From: Eledone cirrhosa
Lineage: Eukaryota
DNA: 64,000 bases
Direction of reading: 5' to 3'
Assembly: GCA_964016885.1 (NCBI GenBank)
Contig: OZ024740.1
Location: 269,080,001 to 269,144,000 of the forward strand
The position numbers and the translations under genes are program-made. Below are positions 53,652 through 64,000 of the stretch, piece by piece (position 1 is the stretch's first letter; every line of letters begins with the position of its first letter). The notes below the pieces were generated by a model. The model ran no database searches. It had not been told where the DNA came from and worked only from the letters and a program-made list of their open reading frames with translations.

Positions 53652-54499
53652 GTGTGTGTGGGTGTGTGGGGTGTGGGTGTGTGTGTAAAGTCATATTAAT
53701 ACACAAATATCACCGGATGCGAGAGATATGAATGTAAACATGTCTTAATTATTTCTCAAAAAATTGAAAACTGTGGAAAGTTTAACAGTTTAACAGTTCA
53801 TAGCGATTTTCGGTTTTTGCTAGGACCTTCATCAGAAGCTAAATTTCGCAAAATCCTGGATGAAATATGCAACTAACAGCTTATGTACATGGATAAAGTG
53901 ATATATAAAGAACATCTTAGCACTGATATTCATATGTGTAATTTAGAATAATAATACATTAGAAGTGAAATGGTGGGATAAAGGGAAGAAAATGAGAGAA
54001 AGACGGAAATTCATACTGAACAGAACAGAACACTTAATCAGAAATTTAATCTGGTTATGTGAAGGAGAGAAAACGAATAGTGATATGATAAGTGAGATTC
54101 AGAGATATAGTGAGGTGGTAAGATGTGTCAACTTAAAAGAATTACACCTTGGACATTTTATTGAGTTACAAATGGCGCGGAGTATTAAAAAGACAGAAGA
54201 TGCTATGTTATAACATCAATAATGAAAAGTGTTGATTTCCTGCGATATAACACGAAACAGAAACAATTGTAAATCTGGCATATGCTGAAATTGAGACACA
54301 AATCAACAGCATTTCTATTAAATTATCGCAAATATATTTGGAATTTTATTACAAGTTCTGTCATTAAATACTAGCTGAAATATCCGGTATCTCCTGGTTA
54401 CTGAATAAATAGAATATGTTGTTGCATGTGTCCTATAATATTGTATATACACACCAATTAAAAGCATGAATATACAACCCCAGAAACACCGGCTCACAA

Positions 54500-56517
<2,018 letters not shown>

Positions 56518-56768
56518 ATATATATTTGTATCCATCACATCGATTCTTCATGGCGAGAGCAAAATACATTTTTCTTTTGCTTTAGATTTTCACTCACCAG
56601 GACAAAATTTGTCATGGGAACCATTCTTTGACACTGGGAGTTGATGAATGAATAGTTGGGAGTCGAATGTTCAATGAAATTTCATTCTAATTGATAAGAA
56701 ATCGCAGCCAATATTCAATAGTGAGATGAGTGAACAGTACAACTTCTGTCTGTCTAGCAAATAGCATC

Positions 56769-56851
<83 letters not shown>

Positions 56852-56858
56852 TATATGT

Positions 56859-56891
<33 letters not shown>

Positions 56892-57044
56892 GTGGCTAGG
56901 GTGGGATGAGCCGCTAGAAAATGCAGTCCCAAACCACTCAAATAAGGAGCTCGACATAAACTTTTCTTAGATTATAGATTTCATACACTGGTGGTTATCC
57001 CTGTACATTGATAAACACACCCGCGCTCTCTCTCTCTCTCTCTC

Positions 57045-57146
<102 letters not shown>

Positions 57147-57158
57147 GTGTATATATTT

Positions 57159-57213
<55 letters not shown>

Positions 57214-57304
57214 TAATAATTGTTTCTACGTTAGGCACAAGGCCAGCAATTACCCAGTGTATTACTGGTACTTTATTTTATCGACCTCGTAATAGTAATA
57301 ATAA

Positions 57305-57541
57305 TAAATATGAAAACAGACTAAAATCTAAAGAGGGCTCGATAAGGATAAATATATATCAAATATATAAGAACCCTAGAGCAAAAATATTTTTAAATAA
57401 CAGATTAAAGTTTAAGCAAAGAATCGCTGCTTTCACTCTTAACGGGATATTCTGAAACTAAAAAAAATCAATCTGTGAACGCAGAAGTAAATATTTCGAA
57501 AAACGTTGCAACCGAAGGAAAATAGGAAGACGATACTTTGA
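57305..57541 (-). mobile_element. PLE-type tail, CAGA-HHR family (motif 57409-57459)
   Basis: Reverse complement of 4842-4985, and also matches 8925-9066. Confidence 0.8.
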
Positions 57542-57640
57542 TATATATATGTATATATGTATATATATATTTATAAAATAATAATAATTTCTTTCTGATA
57601 CAGGCACAAGGCCAAACAGTATATATAGATACACAAGCAT

Positions 57641-57674
<34 letters not shown>

Positions 57675-57747
57675 GTATGTATATATATATATATATATAT
57701 ATATAAATATATATTTATATATATATAAATATATATATGCGTGTGTG

Positions 57748-57952
<205 letters not shown>

Positions 57953-58084
57953 TAGAATTTGTGCTCTGAAATAGCTATATATATATGAATGTATATATAG
58001 TGTATTTTGCAATACACTGTATGCTTAATTACAGAAGCAGCAATTCTACAGGACTAGAACTGTTTGATTCTTGAGAAATCATCA

Positions 58085-58135
58085 GGATTCCTGATGATTT
58101 CTCAAGAATGAAACAGTTCTAGTCCTGTAGAGTCT
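58085..58135 (+). ncRNA. Hammerhead in an 87-bp palindrome (58045-58131)
   Basis: GGATTC-CTGATGA-T-TTC(TCAA)GAA-T-GAAA-CAG(8 nt)CTG-TA-GAGTCT. Confidence 0.8.
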
Positions 58136-58236
58136 CATCTATATTAAAACTTTTATACTCTGTTATGTATTGAGTACCTTACTTACTGTGGTTACCTCCG
58201 ATTCAACCAGGAATAACTTACCTATATATATATATA

Positions 58237-59361
58237 ATAAATAAATCATACAATTATCAAAGTTGTGTTCAAATCATTTAATAGCTGACAATCGTTTCTT
58301 CCTAAAACTCGTTTGGAGTCATCGGAGCATTATCAATGTTTGCACATATAATTACCCTCCTATTCAACTGAACAATAATATAGATACATATAAATTGATG
58401 TTGTGAGCAACATATACCTTGTCCAGTAATGAATAGATAACAATCTAAAGAAACCTTTAATGTATGATAGTAGAATACACTGTATTTAAAATCAGGCATA
58501 AATATACAGGGTCATGTAACAGAGATCCAATGGTATCACATTATATTGTGTATTAGAACAAAGTATTTTAATAACTGAACTGAACATAATTAGCTAGTTA
58601 CCTCCCCTTACGCATTAGCTCCCCTTATTCACTTCCGGAAATTAACAATTGAAAATTTAACGGTTGATCAAATATAGTCGATGAATATGAATTCATTAAG
58701 ACTAATTTACAATCCATTGCTCTAACTAACTTAAATCACTCAATATAAACATTAACTAAAATTAAATTCAACATATGTCATGGAAAAGTCTGCAAAAACT
58801 ATACGTTTCTCAACATACATTAATTCGAACACCATCAACATTCAACATCCACTCTAATACATTAACATATTTGCTTCAACTGCAGTATTTATTCATCAAT
58901 ATATGCTTTGCTTGTCTCCTTCTCATGTATATGACTTACGCAGTCACACTATCCACACGCCTGCATATGATTTGTTATCGCACTCTTCCTTTCTCAAATC
59001 TGCTTCCTCAATGCCTCTTTAATATTTGGACTATTCCCTTGTTTTAACTGTTGTATGTATTCCACTCCGTGCTTTTGATTTGAATTTGAATTTTGATTTG
59101 AATTTGAACTTGAATGTTTGTACAATTATTATACAATTCTCGTAAAATATATGTCGCATCAATTCCACCCTGTAAATACGAAACTGTTGCTCACAACATC
59201 AATTTATATGTATCAATATTATTGTTCAGTTGAATGGGAGGGTAATTATATGTGCAAACATTGATAATGCTCCGATGACTCAAACGAGAGTTTGGAAGAA
59301 ATGATTGTCAGCTATTAAATGATTTGAACACAACTTTGATAATTGTATGATTTATTTATTT
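58237..59361 (+). mobile_element. PLE-type cassette with ~175-bp IRs, each carrying a CCGA-core HHR
   Basis: Arms 58237-58411/59186-59361. HHRs at 58284-58328 (-) and 59269-59312 (+). Confidence 0.8.
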
Positions 59362-60422
59362 AACTGCTCTGTAAAACAACTGATGTTCATACATTGAGCT
59401 ATTTCTCTTACTGGTAATAAGGTAGTAGAAAATGACTGACCTTTCCTGTTTATAGTTGTTTATACTATATACATAACTATACATAGTATATTTTCTCAGT
59501 TTTGCAACATAATATCACTCTATATTGTTTTTGTTTGGAAATGTGAATTGTCATTTATTTCCTACCATTTTTGATAAACAGAGAAACACTTCTTTAATAA
59601 TTCTTTTTTATAATGATTGATTATGTAGAACAGGTAAAGTTGACTACAGCCAGTAGAGGTTTGCTGAGTTATAAATTAAATGTATCACCTGGCTTCATTT
59701 CTAAGAGCAGGTTCTGCTCTTCGCTCTCTCTAACTCTTTTAATATCCCGATCTTCATAAAATCTATCTAAATTATTTTAAAAAATAAATCAAATGTATTT
59801 ACTTTATTTCATCGATAATTGTGTTTTCCTTGTTTCTTTATTTTTCTTAATCAGCTTTCTCACTTTTTTCTGAATGTTATCTTTCTTCGTTTATTTTACT
59901 CACTTCTAATTCAATCATTGTCATCGCACCCGGTATCAGTCTGTTTGTCTCGTTTCTCTATCTTGTCTCGTTTCTCTATCTTTTCTATCAAATCAATTTT
60001 TTTACAACCACCTCATTTTACAGAATTCTATTACATTTTCAGTTGAGTGCAAAGCAATGAGTAAGAAAGAAGTACAAAGATATATATCTTTACGTCCTTA
60101 CAATTTCTTGGTATATATGGATACTGAGATTGATAAAGGGAATACTAAAGTAAGTTACATCATTGGAGTTGCTGGTAGGCGAATATATATTAGTATACGT
60201 TATCATTAATGACTTCCAACTGTCCTCTAAATTATTTTATCACAAAAAGATTCCTATTCCTCACGTAGCTTATGAAAGATTCGTCATTCTTTTCTTAAGG
60301 ATTCTTCTATTTTCTTCCAATCTTTTCTATTTTTCAAAAGCAAACACTCATCCTACGCCAGATGATAGTATCTGTACAAATAAATAGGACGAAATTGATT
60401 GACATGATGTTGATCCACAAAC

Positions 60423-60477
<55 letters not shown>

Positions 60478-62970
60478 CGCTCATTTCGATACTACCGACA
60501 TTGATAGGAGTCACAATGGTAAATATGTCGATTAGTTTATTTACATTGTAGGAAGAGTTATTTTTGTTCCAAACGGGTCTATAGTTGATACCCATCTCCA
60601 GGCTTTCTCTATGTTCAAGTAAGCCTTTGACGACAGAAAATATTTAAATAAATAAAATAACAGGTGACACACTGACATCTTCGTTGCCTTCAATTTTTTC
60701 CGAAATCTACCGTTTATTTTGCATTGTCGTAGCCTACGAATAACACACTAGTCTATATGTAGATTTTTCCACACTCATTACTAATCTTAATGTCTTTGGT
60801 TATTTAAAAGAACACCTGAGATCTCCAAGAAATCCTGCTGAGTTTTTCGTTGTAAGAATTTTAATTAAATGAAAATCTACTAAAACAGAAAATAAAAACA
60901 ATATCGTGTTTAGATTATTGATATTTGTTCATCTATGTCACGAGTTCAAATACTAGCGTTGCACTTTATCTTGTGCCGATACAATAATTGTAAGTTGCAT
61001 AGCAGCTTCAGTTCTATTGATTGTATTTTTACAGTTCAATGATCTCCTGTCTGGCGTCTATGTAAGAAATCATATTATAGCTGTCACATCTATAAAATTT
61101 GGTTCTAGGTCTAATATAAAATCAATCTCATTTGTGAGAAACTATTTCAGAAGAAATAATTTTAGAAACCGCCTTCAGATCAGTTGGAAACATATTTCTC
61201 ACACAAAAAGAAACAAATCCTTTCCCTTTACAGCTTGAATTCAACTGTAATTATTAGAACATGAGTATTTATCATTATTAAAAATCGCAGTTACGGCCCT
61301 TGCCATTCTGAGTTCAAATCCCGCCGAGGTTAACTTTGCCTTTCATCCTTATGGGGTCGATAAAATAAAGTACCAGTAATGTACTGGATAATTGCTGGCC
61401 TTGTGCCAAAAGTAGAAACAATTATTAAAAATCGCATGGAAATCGGTTTACTGATAATAGATAACAATGACTTTTTAAACATTGTCATAAATGTAGTTAA
61501 CTACACAGAGATTACATAATAGACGTCTAGATAATATCAGCAAAAGTATTTAAAAGGCTGCAAACATTGGCTGTATAGTTAAGAAGTTTAATTCAGGACT
61601 ATGTTGTACCCGGTCCCATCCCAGTGCACGGCATGGGTCACTCAATGACGTGATTTGAAATTCATAGACTGAAGCCGATGTGGATATGGTGTACGTGTTA
61701 TTTTTTGTGTGTGTGTGTCTGTGTGTGTGTATCGAGTTTGTGTGTATCTGAGTGATCTCAAACAAAGCTCCTCGTGATATTTGTCCTTCCGAAATTCCAC
61801 AAAGAATCTCATTTCACTATCATCATAGTAAATGCAGTGAACTAGTCAGTGGCCAGTGGTGCCGAATTGGGAGAATCGTTAAAACGTCGGATAGAATGCT
61901 TTACGGTATTGGTTTCTGATCTCTGGGTTCAAATCCCGTCCAGGTCAACCCCACCTTTCATCCATACAAGGTGGATAAAAATGTATCAGTCTAGTACTGG
62001 GATCGATTCTTCCTCTATATCTCTTTCTCACTTCCATTCTTTCACTGGAAGAAATCTGCTGTATTCAAACCTGGAGAGGAGATGGGCTCTGCCAGGTTTA
62101 AAAGTGGCCATGAAACGTTGTATGTCTATACGGCAATCCTACGACTCCCTTAGGAGGGAGCAACAAGAGATACATACAGTGAGTCACTTGTTCAAAATAT
62201 ATAACCAACGACTGTAAAAAACAATCGAAAACACAGAAAGTTATTCCATTCATTTTGTTAAGATACTTTGAGAAATCGTATTGGGATAAATACCACAGAG
62301 TATTTAAATACATCTCTCAGCGTTTAAATTTGACTTTCATTATAGATATCAGCAATTTAGTGGAATCCAATCAATTGTCTTTGCCTTTCGCCTTCAAACA
62401 TATCCCTGTGTCTAGGCAGAATTAATTGATACTGCTGAACTTAGATTATTTGGTTTCAGGGTTCTATATTTTCAGATTTAATCATACCGATGTCACAAAT
62501 ATTTTCCATCAAGTTCACTTTAAACAACTATACACTATGTATTCCAACACTATCATCTGACCTTGTATTTAATACAAAATCAATATTGATTCAAGTTAAT
62601 TTAGTGAAGCAAGAAAGAAAAATAATGAAAAATATAAAAGTGAGACAAATCTAAAAATGAACAATCGATAACAAAACATTTTTTTATGAAAACTTAAACT
62701 TTTTAAAATTTTATTTTAGCATTTATGATTCATCATCCCATACGTGAATACTACAAAGTCACAATGAGAGATCATATGCTTGTGAAAGAGACCTCAGTGA
62801 GGCATCACTCGGTAGGACATGCTTCCACAATTACCAAGATTCGAAATATCTATCAAGCAGAAAAGAATTATATTTGAAACTTTAAATTTCAACAGAAACA
62901 CACGGTAACTATAATGTTCTTCGTTGTTTTATACCAGTAGTTCTTACACTTTTTCTGTTCCATGCCTTAC

Positions 62971-63123
62971 AACATCGCAAAACATTTTATACAACCCACT
63001 CCCCAATATAAAAAATAAATGTGTCGGGATAAAAGGATCACCACTCCATACGAACAGATATTCAAATAGATGTCCTGTTTGGTGCAACCTGCATTCAAAA
63101 TCCCTGCTTTATATACACCAGGT
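62971..63123 (-). CDS. Candidate internal exon of an unidentified host gene
   Basis: Acceptor ttattttccttcag, donor gtaagg, 153 bp with one open frame (PGVYKAGILNAGCTKQDIYLNICSYGVVILL...). Confidence 0.3.
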
Positions 63124-64000
63124 CTGAAGGAAAATAAGCCTACTATCTCGCAAATCTTTCCTCTCGAACTGTGATTAGACTTCAAGACATAAATCGAGTA
63201 AAGATTTATAGTTTTTATATTCGTATATCTATTTATAAAAGCATATTAATTTAATTTAATACATTCGATTATTCCTAATCTATATATTTTGATAAATAAC
63301 TCTGCCATCAAAGGTCATCTTCGTTCTTCTTTATCTAGGTTGCAGGAGAGACTAAAATTAATTGGAAGCCCCCGTTTAAGTGGAACACAACTTTCTGTAC
63401 GCATTATTCCACTAATGCACGCGCATGCGCATGTGTGAGTGTGTGCGTGAGTGTGCATATCGATTTATTCTTGAAATATTCAACGTGAATTTATCACGAA
63501 ACGAATTCCCACACTTGAAGCAAAGTTCGACTCACAAAACGGCGCCAATTCCAAAGGGTCTACAATTATCTTCTGAGCTATTGAAGTGTTCCATGATTAC
63601 TGTCCTCTAGAAATATATAAAGGGTTACTACCAGTCCTACAGTAAATCACTGAAACCATAAAATGCTTAACACTCACAATAAACTTCACACAAATTCTGT
63701 CCCTATCTATCTATCTATCTATCTATCTGTATAGTAAAAAAACATAAAGAAAGAAATCTATCTCTCTGTATAATAACAGTGATGTACATGGATAGCGTAG
63801 ACAAATACTATTGACCAGTACGTGTGAGTTTATGTCTAAGTAGTAAACTTCTGTTGTTTTGTGGAAGCATGTTCGTTGAAACGAATCAGTGAAGCAGATG
63901 CTCTATCGATATCCTCAGCATGGTTGTGTCTCGGATATTTGGCATATTTCACAGCAATACGCTATTAGAAACAACCAACTATGACAGCTTGCGATTAAGA

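Overview
This is an AT-rich, microsatellite-dense animal window made almost entirely of retroelements. The SINE and repeat content suggests Octopus or a related cephalopod (inference). Main elements: (1) a near-intact 6 kb L1/Tx1-clade LINE (31614-37648, minus) sitting in (TAA)n; (2) a full-length but decayed RTE LINE (47010-50783) with a candidate HDV-like ribozyme at its 5' end, sharing one target-site duplication with a SINE fused upstream; (3) R4/Dong-type fragments in (TAA)n and (TATG)n; (4) about 20 copies of a tRNA/Nin-type SINE whose 3' tail resembles the Tx1 3' end; (5) many Penelope-like (PLE) remnants. Reading both strands by hand gave about 23 minimal hammerhead ribozyme (HHR) motifs from many different families, mostly in inverted-repeat cassettes next to (TA)n. 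Several have non-canonical cores (CAGANGA, CCGANGA). No host gene is firmly identified; there are two weak exon candidates. All alignments and folds were done by eye, so element boundaries are approximate.
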